Below are positions 31,558 through 40,327 of a DNA stretch of 60,413 nucleotides, in pieces. This DNA comes from an uncultured Erysipelotrichaceae bacterium. Lineage in GTDB: Bacteria; Bacillota_I; Bacilli_A; RF39; UBA660. Location: the NCBI GenBank assembly GCA_902767245.1, contig CACXGO010000021.1, forward strand, positions 1 through 60,413. Reading direction: 5' to 3'. The translations under genes were made by a program, and so were the position numbers. The notes beneath the pieces are model-generated. The model did no database searches and was not told the origin of the DNA. It saw nothing but the letters and a program-made list of their open reading frames with translations. Numbering within the stretch: the first letter of the stretch is position 1; every line of letters begins with the position of its first letter.

Positions 31558-31597
31558 TTTATTAATTAGAGCACAGCTCTTTTTTTATAGGTGAAGT

Positions 31598-32164
31598 ATG
31601 AAAAAATATGTTCAAATTTTAAAAAATGATGATAAAAAACACAAAAAAAATAAAAATAATGGATGGATAGTATTAATTACTATTTTATCTTTCATTATTT
31701 CTTTAGTATTTTCGTTTATAGCCGAAACAGTTTTACCTGATGTTAATATAATTTTAGGTATCATTTTGATTTTTTGTTTTATTTTAATTGGTGTACTATT
31801 TGACATGATTGGAGTTGCGGTTGCATCTGCAAATGAGGCACCATTTCATTCAATGGCAAGTCAAAAGGTAAAAGGAGCAGTAACTGCTATAAAAATGATT
31901 AAAAATGCTAGTAAAGTATCATCATTTTGTAATGATGTTATTGGTGATATATGTGGTATTATTTCAGGATCTGCAGGTATTACTATTTCCTTGAAAATTG
32001 GAAATTATTTAAATATAGATCAGCTAATTTTGACATTATTAGTAACTGCTTTAATTGCCGCAATGACGATAGGTGGTAAAGCAATTGGAAAAAGTATTGC
32101 CTTAAATAAAAGCAATATGATTCTTTATGAAACTGCAAAAATATTAAGTATTTTAAAAAAATAG
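31598..32164 (+). CDS. oapA: OLE-associated membrane protein A (DUF21/CNNM-like)
   Basis: About 4 TMs; PFHSMASQKVKGA and FCNDVIGDICGIISG (DxxxD) motifs; immediately downstream of ole. Confidence 0.9.
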   Translation: MKKYVQILKNDDKKHKKNKNNGWIVLITILSFIISLVFSFIAETVLPDVNIILGIILIFCFILIGVLFDMIGVAVASANEAPFHSMASQKVKGAVTAIKMIKNASKVSSFCNDVIGDICGIISGSAGITISLKIGNYLNIDQLILTLLVTALIAAMTIGGKAIGKSIALNKSNMILYETAKILSILKK

Positions 32165-32222
32165 TTTATTTGACATGAGCTATTTTTTATTATATAATTT
32201 ATTGTGAAATGAGGTAAATTTT

Positions 32223-32651
32223 ATGAATTTAGATGAACGTAAAGAAGCAATAAAAGAAATAGAAAAAATTAAAAAATTAGAATACAAATCAGGAGTAAAG
32301 AGCCATCATTATACTGCCAAAGAAGTAGTTATGGCAATATTAGTTGGTGGCAGTTTAGCTAGTTATATTGTGCAAAAAGGTGTTGAACCAATTGCAAATC
32401 TTGAAGCTCTTCCAAGTAATGGTTACTTAGAAGAAAGTTGGATTTGGATAAAACAAGTATTTTTACCAAAACTACGTAGTTTTCCAGAACTTTGGAATGC
32501 TATTAAGCCAAATAATAGTTTGGAAGGATTTACAGCTGCAACAACCGCTTTATTTGCAGGAGCTGGAATGTGGTTTCATCATAAAAAAGCTTTATTAAAA
32601 AAGCAACTAGATAAAGAACAAAGTGAAGAAATAAAAGGTTTGGGGAGATAA
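32223..32651 (+). CDS. Hypothetical protein with two hydrophobic segments
   Basis: Own TTGACA-N17-TATAAT promoter (32170-32198) and GAGG SD; no family recognised. Confidence 0.7.
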   Translation: MNLDERKEAIKEIEKIKKLEYKSGVKSHHYTAKEVVMAILVGGSLASYIVQKGVEPIANLEALPSNGYLEESWIWIKQVFLPKLRSFPELWNAIKPNNSLEGFTAATTALFAGAGMWFHHKKALLKKQLDKEQSEEIKGLGR

Positions 32652-32652
32652 T

Positions 32653-32877
32653 ATGAAGTTTGAAATTGGAGATATCATAACATTAGCTGATGATAAAGAT
32701 TATGTAATAAGTTGTGCTAAAAATTATGAAGGTAATTTATATATGTTATTAATAGAAATGCCTGATTATAAATCATTTAAGTATGTAAAAGTTATTGATA
32801 AAAGTAATTTAGAAGAATTAGAAGATATTGAATTAATTGAAAAATTATCAGCATTATTTACAAAAACTGAAGATTAA
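32653..32877 (+). CDS. Small acidic hypothetical protein (DUF1292-like)
   Basis: IITL.DD..Y.I.......YMLL pattern; coupled to the upstream ORF. Confidence 0.6.
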   Translation: MKFEIGDIITLADDKDYVISCAKNYEGNLYMLLIEMPDYKSFKYVKVIDKSNLEELEDIELIEKLSALFTKTED

Positions 32878-32939
32878 ATTGATCTTCTTTTTTATTGTTT
32901 AATTACATTAAAATTGATATAATAAATTTGGTGATAAAG

Positions 32940-33872
32940 ATGATTTATTTATTTTATGGCCTTGAAAAATTTTTTATAAATGAAGAAATTAAGAAAATTC
33001 AAAATTCAAATCAAATAGATGAATATAGTATTTCAAAATTTGATGCCAACCAAGATAATATAGATAACATTATTTTGGATGCAATTTCCATGTCTTTATT
33101 TGGTACAAGAAGATTAATTATTATTGAAAATGCTTATTTTTTTACATCTGATAAAGTAGAGGATGATGTTTCTTCAAAACTTGAAAAATTTTTAAATAAT
33201 TATAATCAAAATAATGTAATAATATTTGCTCTTAATAATGAAAAATTAGATGAAAGAAAAAAATTAACAAAACTCATAAAAAAGGTTGCAAAAGTCATAG
33301 AATGTAACAATAAAAAAGATAGTAAAGAGCTTATAAAAGACTTATTAAAAGATTATCATATCGATTATAAAAATATTGAAAATATTAAAAATAAATTAAA
33401 TAATCAAAGTGAATTAGTAAATTCAGAAATTGAAAAATTGATTACTTATAAAGAAAATAAAGAAATTACCGAAGATGATATAAATAATGTAATATGTGAC
33501 TACCCTAAAATCGATTTTTTTGAATTTATTGACAACATTATTAATAAAAACATAAAAGAAAGTATTAAAACATATGAAGAACTCTTAAAATTAAAAGAAG
33601 AACCCATTAAAATAATTGTTACACTAGCTAATCAATTTAGACTTATGTATCAGGCAAAAAAATTAAATCAAAATGGATATTCAGAAAAAGATATTGCATC
33701 AGAAATTGGAGAACATCCATATCGTGTAAAATTAGCGATTTTAAAAGCTAAAAACTATTCTGATAGTGATTTATTAGAAAATTTAAAAAAGCTTGGAGAA
33801 ATAAATATAAATGCCAAAAAAGGACTTGTTGATAGTGCAAATGCTTTAGAATTATTTATTTTAGACATTTAA
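32940..33872 (+). CDS. holA: DNA polymerase III delta subunit
   Basis: MIYLFYG.E, SLFG.RRL, KLDERKK, EIEKL, HPYRVK; start refined to ATG 32940. Confidence 0.92.
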   Translation: MIYLFYGLEKFFINEEIKKIQNSNQIDEYSISKFDANQDNIDNIILDAISMSLFGTRRLIIIENAYFFTSDKVEDDVSSKLEKFLNNYNQNNVIIFALNNEKLDERKKLTKLIKKVAKVIECNNKKDSKELIKDLLKDYHIDYKNIENIKNKLNNQSELVNSEIEKLITYKENKEITEDDINNVICDYPKIDFFEFIDNIINKNIKESIKTYEELLKLKEEPIKIIVTLANQFRLMYQAKKLNQNGYSEKDIASEIGEHPYRVKLAILKAKNYSDSDLLENLKKLGEININAKKGLVDSANALELFILDI

Positions 33873-33892
33873 AAAAAGACATAAGTCTTTTT

Positions 33893-35101
33893 TTATGGGT
33901 TTACTTTTTCGATAGCTTCATAAATGTTTTTTAATGTTTGTTCATTTTTACTTGTTTCTTTTGGAACATAATATTTTTTACCAACAAGTTTATCAGGCAT
34001 ATATTGTTGTTTTACAATCGCATTTTTATAATTATGAGGATATTTATAATCTTTTGATGTTGTTCTTAAATGACTCGGAACTTTCCCAGTATCAATTGTT
34101 TCGACATCTTTTATAGCTTCATCAATTGCTAATATTGCACTATTAGATTTTGGAGATAAGCACATTTCAATAACAATTTCTCCTAAAGGAATTCTAGCTT
34201 CCGGAAATCCTAAGCGTTCACAAATATTAATTACAGCATCCACTTTGGGGCCAATTGAAGGATTGGCAAGACCAATATCCTCATATGCTATAACACTAAG
34301 TCGCCTTAAAATAATATCTAAGTCTTCAGCAATAATCAGTTTTGCTAAATAATGTAAAGCGGCATTTACGTGACTCCCACGAATAGATTTCTGAAATGCA
34401 CTTATTGTATCATAATAACCATCGTCATTTTTATCAATAGTAATCGAAGGTTTATTATTTATTATTTTGACAAGATCAATATCAATTTTATTATCGTTTG
34501 AACAAGTATAGGCAACCTCTAATAAATTTAAAGCAAATCTTAAATCTCCATTAGAGAGTTTAGCAATATAATCTTTTGCTTTTGCTGTAATTTTAATATT
34601 TTCTAAATAGGGAATAGCTTTATCTAACCCTTCTAAAACATCTTCAGTTGAAAGAGGTTTTAGTTCAAATATTTGACATCTACTTCTAATTGCACTATTA
34701 ATACTATGATATGGATTAGCAGTAGTCATCCCAACCAAAGTAATAAGACCACTTTCAAGATGAGGAAGAAGTAAATCTTGTTTATCTTTATTTAAGCGAT
34801 GGATTTCATCCATTAAAATAACAAGCCCATGGTCTTCTTTGGCTTCATTAATTGCTTCATCAAAGTCTTTTTTGTTATTAATTGTTGCATTTAAAAGTTT
34901 ATATTTTAGATTAAGCTCATTTACAATTGCCAAAGCAATACTTGTTTTACCAATTCCTGGATTTCCATATAAAATCATTGAAAAAATATGATTATGTTTA
35001 ACCATATTATAAATAACATGATTTTCACTTACTAAATGCTTTTGACCAACTATGTCGCTTAATTTTTGAGGACGCATTTTTATTGCTAATAAATCTTGCA
35101 T
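33893..35101 (-). CDS. rarA: Replication-associated recombination protein A (MgsA)
   Basis: MRPQ, GNPGIGKT, DEIHR, SAFQKSIRGS, EDIGLA, YKYPH. Confidence 0.95.
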   Translation of the reverse strand: MQDLLAIKMRPQKLSDIVGQKHLVSENHVIYNMVKHNHIFSMILYGNPGIGKTSIALAIVNELNLKYKLLNATINNKKDFDEAINEAKEDHGLVILMDEIHRLNKDKQDLLLPHLESGLITLVGMTTANPYHSINSAIRSRCQIFELKPLSTEDVLEGLDKAIPYLENIKITAKAKDYIAKLSNGDLRFALNLLEVAYTCSNDNKIDIDLVKIINNKPSITIDKNDDGYYDTISAFQKSIRGSHVNAALHYLAKLIIAEDLDIILRRLSVIAYEDIGLANPSIGPKVDAVINICERLGFPEARIPLGEIVIEMCLSPKSNSAILAIDEAIKDVETIDTGKVPSHLRTTSKDYKYPHNYKNAIVKQQYMPDKLVGKKYYVPKETSKNEQTLKNIYEAIEKVNP

Positions 35102-35163
35102 AGTATCACCAAAAACATTATAGCAAAATTAATCTTTTTTTGCTATAATGGAGTAGGGATTAT

Positions 35164-36075
35164 ATGAAAAGTATTTTTGAAAAAATTGAAAAAGATTGTA
35201 TTACTGACCAAGATTTAATTAATTACATAAAATTTTTGCTTATGGAAAAAAAATCAAGTGAAAATACCATATATAGTTATTATAATGATTTACATAAAAT
35301 TAGTGTTTTTACAAAAAAGAAGTTATATGCTTTAACAAAAAATGAAATAAATGACTATATTAATAATTTAAATGAAAGCGAGTATTCAATAGCTCATTTA
35401 ATTACAGTCCTAAATTCTTTTTATAAATATTTGATTATAAATAATAAATTAAATAATAATCCTATGGATTTAATAAAACCACCAAAATTAAGAAAAAATA
35501 TTCCTAAAGTATTAAATATTGAAGAAATTGATAAATTATTAAATATTAAGCTTGAAAACGAATATGATTATCGCAACAAAGCGATGCTCGAACTTATGTA
35601 CGCCTGTGGTCTGCGTGTTAGTGAAATTGTTGAACTCAAAACAACAGATGTTGATCTTACAAATAGTATTGTTAGGGTTTTTGGTAAGGGTAGTAAAGAG
35701 CGCATAATTCCAATCGGAGATTATGCAAATACAGCTTTAAATCTTTATTTAGAACATTCGCGAAATATTTTATTAAAAAATAAAACAAGCAATTTTCTTT
35801 TTATAAATAATCAAGGTAATAAACTAAGTAGAGTGGGGTTCTTTAAAATGCTTAAAAAATTAGCATTAAAAGAGGGGATAAAGAAAGATTTTTCTCCCCA
35901 CACATTAAGACATTCATTTGCAACACATTTACTTGATAATGGTGCTGATTTAAGAAGCATTCAAGAATTGCTTGGTCATGCATCAATTTCAACAACACAA
36001 ATATATACACATGTTTCAAAAGAAAATATAAGAAAAGATTATGATGAATACCATCCACATGGAAAGGAAGTATAA
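35164..36075 (+). CDS. xerD: Tyrosine recombinase XerD
   Basis: LMYACGLRVSE, GKGSKER, HTLRHSFATHLL, LGH...TTQIY; adjacent to deoB as in Bacilli. Confidence 0.88.
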   Translation: MKSIFEKIEKDCITDQDLINYIKFLLMEKKSSENTIYSYYNDLHKISVFTKKKLYALTKNEINDYINNLNESEYSIAHLITVLNSFYKYLIINNKLNNNPMDLIKPPKLRKNIPKVLNIEEIDKLLNIKLENEYDYRNKAMLELMYACGLRVSEIVELKTTDVDLTNSIVRVFGKGSKERIIPIGDYANTALNLYLEHSRNILLKNKTSNFLFINNQGNKLSRVGFFKMLKKLALKEGIKKDFSPHTLRHSFATHLLDNGADLRSIQELLGHASISTTQIYTHVSKENIRKDYDEYHPHGKEV

Positions 36076-36076
36076 T

Positions 36077-37234
36077 ATGCAATTTAAACGAATTTTTTTA
36101 ATTGTTATGGATTCAGTAGGAATTGGTGAAGCTAAAGATGCTGTTAAGTTTGGTGATGTTGGCGCCAATACTTTAAAGCACACAATTGAATTTAACAAAT
36201 TAGAACTTAACTATTTTAATTGGCTAGGTTTAGGTAATTTGCTAGGCGGAAATAATAAAACTGCTGGATATTACGGGAAATTAGCAGAAATGAGTAATGG
36301 AAAAGATACACTTACAGGTCATTTAGAAATGATGGGTATTAGATCAAAAGTACCATTTAAAACTTTCCCAAACGGATTTCCTGCTGAACTTTTAAAGGAA
36401 ATCGAAAAAGCCACTGGACATCGTGTAATCGGAAATAGAGCAGAAAGCGGAACTGAAATTATTAAACAATTAGGAGAAGAGCATATAAAAACAGGTAATT
36501 TAATCATTTATACATCAGCTGACTCAGTTTTACAGGTAGCTGCTCATGAAGAAATTATTCCATTAAAAGAATTATATAATATTTGTTCAAAAATAAGAGA
36601 AATTACATTAAAAGAAGAGTGGAGAGTAGGCCGTATTATTGCAAGACCATTCATTGGAACCCCAGGTAATTTTACACGAACTCCAAATAGACATGATTAT
36701 GCTTTAAATCCTCCCAAAAAAACAGTTTTAGATGAACTTAAAAATAATGGATATGAAGTAATTGCAATAGGTAAAATTGCAGACATATTTAATAATAATG
36801 GAATTACTTATACAATTAAAACCCAAAACAATGCCGATGGTATAGAAAAAATATTAGATATTATGAAAAAAGATTTCAACGGATTATGCTTTGCAAATTT
36901 AAATGATTTTGATACATTATATGGTCATAGAAGAGATCCTATAGGTTATGGTAAAGCATTAGCATATTTAGACAAATCAATACCAAAAATTGTTAAAAAT
37001 TTACGAGAAGATGACTTACTTATGTTTACTGCTGATCATGGTAATGATCCAACATTTAAAGGAACAGATCATACTAGAGAATATACACCAATATTTATGT
37101 ATTCAAAATCTTTTAAATATACTGGAAAATTACCAGAAATAGGGAACTTTGGTGATATTGGAGCCTCAATTGCTAAAAACTTTGAATTAGATGCTCCAAG
37201 TATTGGTAAAGATATGTTTTATTTATTTAAATAA
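36077..37234 (+). CDS. deoB: Phosphopentomutase
   Basis: DSVGIG, GKDT..GH, YTSADSV, D..YGHRRD, ADHGNDP, DHTRE; start refined to ATG 36077. Confidence 0.95.
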   Translation: MQFKRIFLIVMDSVGIGEAKDAVKFGDVGANTLKHTIEFNKLELNYFNWLGLGNLLGGNNKTAGYYGKLAEMSNGKDTLTGHLEMMGIRSKVPFKTFPNGFPAELLKEIEKATGHRVIGNRAESGTEIIKQLGEEHIKTGNLIIYTSADSVLQVAAHEEIIPLKELYNICSKIREITLKEEWRVGRIIARPFIGTPGNFTRTPNRHDYALNPPKKTVLDELKNNGYEVIAIGKIADIFNNNGITYTIKTQNNADGIEKILDIMKKDFNGLCFANLNDFDTLYGHRRDPIGYGKALAYLDKSIPKIVKNLREDDLLMFTADHGNDPTFKGTDHTREYTPIFMYSKSFKYTGKLPEIGNFGDIGASIAKNFELDAPSIGKDMFYLFK

Positions 37235-37304
37235 ACCTATATAAAAATAGGTTTTTTTGTTAATAAAAAGAGATACATAAATGTATCTCTTAGGTAATCA
37301 AAAA

Positions 37305-37433
37305 CTAATTACATTCTCTTGAAGAATTAGCAGATTTTTCATTTCTAGAATTTTCTTTATTTTTATTATTTTCTCTAGAATTATTTTTTCTACTATTATT
37401 TTTAGATTTTTGATTTCTAGAATCTTTCTTCAT
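37305..37433 (-). CDS. Unannotated 42-aa N/K/S/R-rich peptide (SASP-like)
   Basis: MKKDSRNQKSKNNSRKNNSRENNKNKENSRNEKSANSSRECN; GGGTGA SD; upstream sigma-G-like promoter; downstream hairpin at 37269-37291. Confidence 0.7.
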   Translation of the reverse strand: MKKDSRNQKSKNNSRKNNSRENNKNKENSRNEKSANSSRECN

Positions 37434-37449
37434 TTTAATCACCCAGTAA

Positions 37450-37479
37450 TATTATTAACAAAGTAGGGATAAGTTATAC
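37450..37479 (-). promoter_or_regulatory. Sigma-G-type promoter
   Basis: Minus strand GTATA-N18-AATAATA. Confidence 0.6.
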
Positions 37480-37507
37480 TATCAAAAACAAAAAACAAAT
37501 ATTTGCT

Positions 37508-37535
37508 AGTTAACATAATATATATTATAGGAAGT
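37508..37535 (-). other. dif: dif site (chromosome dimer resolution)
   Basis: Minus strand ACTTCCTATAA-TATATA-TTATGTTAACT; 11-6-11 layout near-identical to B. subtilis dif; located at the gene-orientation switch. Confidence 0.9.
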
Positions 37536-37927
37536 AATATGTTGGCTTTATAATTGTATGTGTTTAAATATAAAAATCTGTATTATTATACCTGTTTTTG
37601 ACTTGTTTTACTAATTGTTTTAAGAATCTTTTTCTTGATACTTATATTCTATAAAATATTTATTTTTAATTAAATTTTAAATATATAGTTTTAAAATTTT
37701 TTATGCTTTTTATATATTTTGTTTTATATATATTTTTTTATTATTTTAATTTCTAATATAATCAAACTTTTTATCAAATATTTTTTGTATACAAATTTTG
37801 CAATTTATATATTTATCTTCTCCTTACCTACTTTCCTTGCTATAATTTTTTTCACTTTACATTTTGTTTACAATTTGACAAAATTAAAAAATTATCTATA
37901 ATATTAAGCAATTAAGGGGGAAAAATA

Positions 37928-38368
37928 ATGTTAGGTGAGAAAATAATATTAGGGACGAAAGAAGTTTCTATGGATGAAAAAGGACGTATGATAATTCCAA
38001 GTTTTGCATACCCTACACCAGATGAAGAGGTTGTTTTTACAGTTGAAGATAAAGAATCATTTTATATATCATCTTTAGAAATGCTAAAAAATACTTTGAT
38101 CAATTTAAAAAACGAAAGATATTCTACTATTAATAGTCAAAAAATTTTTGAAATTGAAAGAAGAATTGAACAAATATATAAGACTGCAATTGATATTGCT
38201 CAAATTGATAAAAACGCTCGTATCATTGTACCAAAGTTCATCAGAAGTGAGATTATATTTGTAAATGATGAAACTCAAAAAAGTACAAATTTAATTGCTC
38301 AAGGCAATGGATATCGTTTAAAATATTATATTAATAAAAATGCATATTATAATAGTTTAGTAAAATAA
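37928..38368 (+). CDS. Divergent MraZ-like (tandem AbrB/SpoVT) protein
   Basis: Two D..(G/A)R.I.P motifs (MDEKGRMIIP, IDKNARIIVP); own TTGACA/TATAAT promoter at 37875-37902. Confidence 0.75.
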   Translation: MLGEKIILGTKEVSMDEKGRMIIPSFAYPTPDEEVVFTVEDKESFYISSLEMLKNTLINLKNERYSTINSQKIFEIERRIEQIYKTAIDIAQIDKNARIIVPKFIRSEIIFVNDETQKSTNLIAQGNGYRLKYYINKNAYYNSLVK

Positions 38369-38391
38369 AAAAAGTATCAAATGATACTTTT

Positions 38392-39168
38392 TTATATTTT
38401 TCTTGATTGAATTTCAGCCATTTTTTCTAATATTTCAGCTGCATTTTGTTCATTTATTTCACTATAACCAAGTTCTTTTAAAGCTTGGCTTTTAATTATA
38501 TTTAGTTCTAAAGTACGACTCATTTTTTCTTCTTTTTTATGTTCAATTTGTTCCACAAATCTACGATGTGATTCAGCTAGTTTATTTCTTGATAAACCAC
38601 CATTATTATATAAAGTCATCCCACTAAATACAATACTTTCAAAAGAAAACTGTTCATCTTCATTAAATACAAACTCCAATGGTTTTACAAAACCCATTGA
38701 TTTTGCAGTATATGCAAGAAAATACTTTAATTCCTTTGAACTATCTAATCCTTGCAAGAAATAATATAAATATCTCATTGTATTAGTAGCATCTGAATCA
38801 CTTTCATCTTCTAATTTTTCATGCAAAATATCAATGATATTTTTTAATAAATCTCTTTGGGTTTTCTTAAGCCCATTATAAACATTAGCACTTTCACTAC
38901 CATTTGCACGATAATTATTTTCACAAATGTTATTAAACCTCGCTTCAACATCCATTATATAGTCTGTATTAACCTTTAATGTGTCAATTTCCTCCGGAGT
39001 TTTAATCCCAAGCAAATTAAAAAGCATTACTTTTTTGTCTTTTGGCCATTTATTTAAATCGTCTAATTCTAAATAATTATAGATCATTTGGCGTGAAACT
39101 CCTAGAAATTTTGCAAGTTTAACTTTTGAAATTCCTACTTCTTTTAATAGATTATTTAATTTATCCAT
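38392..39168 (-). CDS. XRE/Cro-like HTH protein with a long helical C-terminal region
   Basis: GISKVKLAKFLGVSRQMIYNY HTH; start refined to ATG 39168; promoter TTGACA-N17-TAAAAT at 39216-39188. Confidence 0.75.
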   Translation of the reverse strand: MDKLNNLLKEVGISKVKLAKFLGVSRQMIYNYLELDDLNKWPKDKKVMLFNLLGIKTPEEIDTLKVNTDYIMDVEARFNNICENNYRANGSESANVYNGLKKTQRDLLKNIIDILHEKLEDESDSDATNTMRYLYYFLQGLDSSKELKYFLAYTAKSMGFVKPLEFVFNEDEQFSFESIVFSGMTLYNNGGLSRNKLAESHRRFVEQIEHKKEEKMSRTLELNIIKSQALKELGYSEINEQNAAEILEKMAEIQSRKI

Positions 39169-39249
39169 CTCACTACCCTCCACTATCATTTTAGCTAGTT
39201 TGCTGTCAATTGTCAAGTGTAAAGTTAAAGTAAAATCTGACAAATTTTA

Positions 39250-40317
39250 TCAAAGAAGACTTTTGAATATACGATATAAAGTATAATAACTATTAATATC
39301 TGCATATTCATTCTTATTATGCCAATAATCTCCAATTGGATTCATAATAATTACAGGTATCTTTTTTTCACTAAAATATGTAGCATCACTACCAGCAGAG
39401 CATTTAGTAATAACTAATTTTTTATTTAAAATTTTTTCGGATTTAGCAATAAAATTTTTAACTATTTCTAATTCCTGATCCAAATAGAAAACTGGTTCAA
39501 CATCCAATATTTTAAGAGTTATATCTTCTGAATAATTTCTAATATAATTAATTATTCTGTTAATATTATCATTTGCTGTATATCTTATATCAAGTGCCAT
39601 CGTTGCTTTATCTGGTACCTTGTTATTTGCATCTCCACCATTCATTTTTGAAAGTGTAATTGATAAACGCCAATCATCTTTTGACTTTGGTAGCGAATAA
39701 ATACTAATTAAATCATTATATAAATTTATAAGTTTTAGTATTGCATTGTCTCCGTTGAAAGGTTCACTTCCGTGTGCCGAAACACCAGTAGCAGTTATTT
39801 CAAGTTGTGCAAGGCCTTTTTCTTCAACTATTAAATCAAAATTTTTTCCACCATCTGGCATAATTACGATTTGGGCGTTTAAATTTTTAGCAATGTTTTC
39901 GCAACAAAATCCACCAATTTCTTCATCACTCGTTAAAAGAAGTGCCATTTTTTTTGAGGTTTTAGCATTTTTCAATATTTCCATCATGACTGCTACTTGC
40001 CCCTTCATATCAATAGCTCCTCGTCCATATAATTTATTGCCTACAATTCTTGCTTTGTATTCTTCATTCTTTACAACATCAACATGTCCACTAAAAATGA
40101 TATCAAAATCATTACTTTCTACATTTGAAATAAGTAAATTATGGTTATCATGATTATTATAATTAACAATAATGTCTTTTATAAAAAAACCATTCATTTG
40201 CTCTTTTACATAATCAAATAGCTCTTTAAAGGCATCATCATTCCCATGATATGTAGGAAATGATATTAATTTACTTGTATTATTTACAATATTATTTAAT
40301 ATTTCGTTTTTATTCAT
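39250..40317 (-). CDS. M20 family metallo-amidohydrolase (ArgE/DapE-like)
   Basis: GHVDVV, YGRGAIDMKG, DEEIGG, AHGS.P, GSDA, WH..NE. Confidence 0.9.
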   Translation of the reverse strand: MNKNEILNNIVNNTSKLISFPTYHGNDDAFKELFDYVKEQMNGFFIKDIIVNYNNHDNHNLLISNVESNDFDIIFSGHVDVVKNEEYKARIVGNKLYGRGAIDMKGQVAVMMEILKNAKTSKKMALLLTSDEEIGGFCCENIAKNLNAQIVIMPDGGKNFDLIVEEKGLAQLEITATGVSAHGSEPFNGDNAILKLINLYNDLISIYSLPKSKDDWRLSITLSKMNGGDANNKVPDKATMALDIRYTANDNINRIINYIRNYSEDITLKILDVEPVFYLDQELEIVKNFIAKSEKILNKKLVITKCSAGSDATYFSEKKIPVIIMNPIGDYWHNKNEYADINSYYTLYRIFKSLL

Positions 40318-40327
40318 TATTTACCTT

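Noticed and set aside
35164-36075. Prophage or ICE integrase
   Set aside because: XerD-type sequence and size, xerD-deoB synteny, and no phage or conjugation genes nearby
37536-37874. AT-rich gap as a replication origin
   Set aside because: No clustered DnaA boxes; genes converge on it and dif is adjacent, indicating the terminus
37719-37901. 60-aa hydrophobic ORF
   Set aside because: TTG start, no SD, low-complexity T-rich intergenic DNA overlapping the mraZ-like promoter
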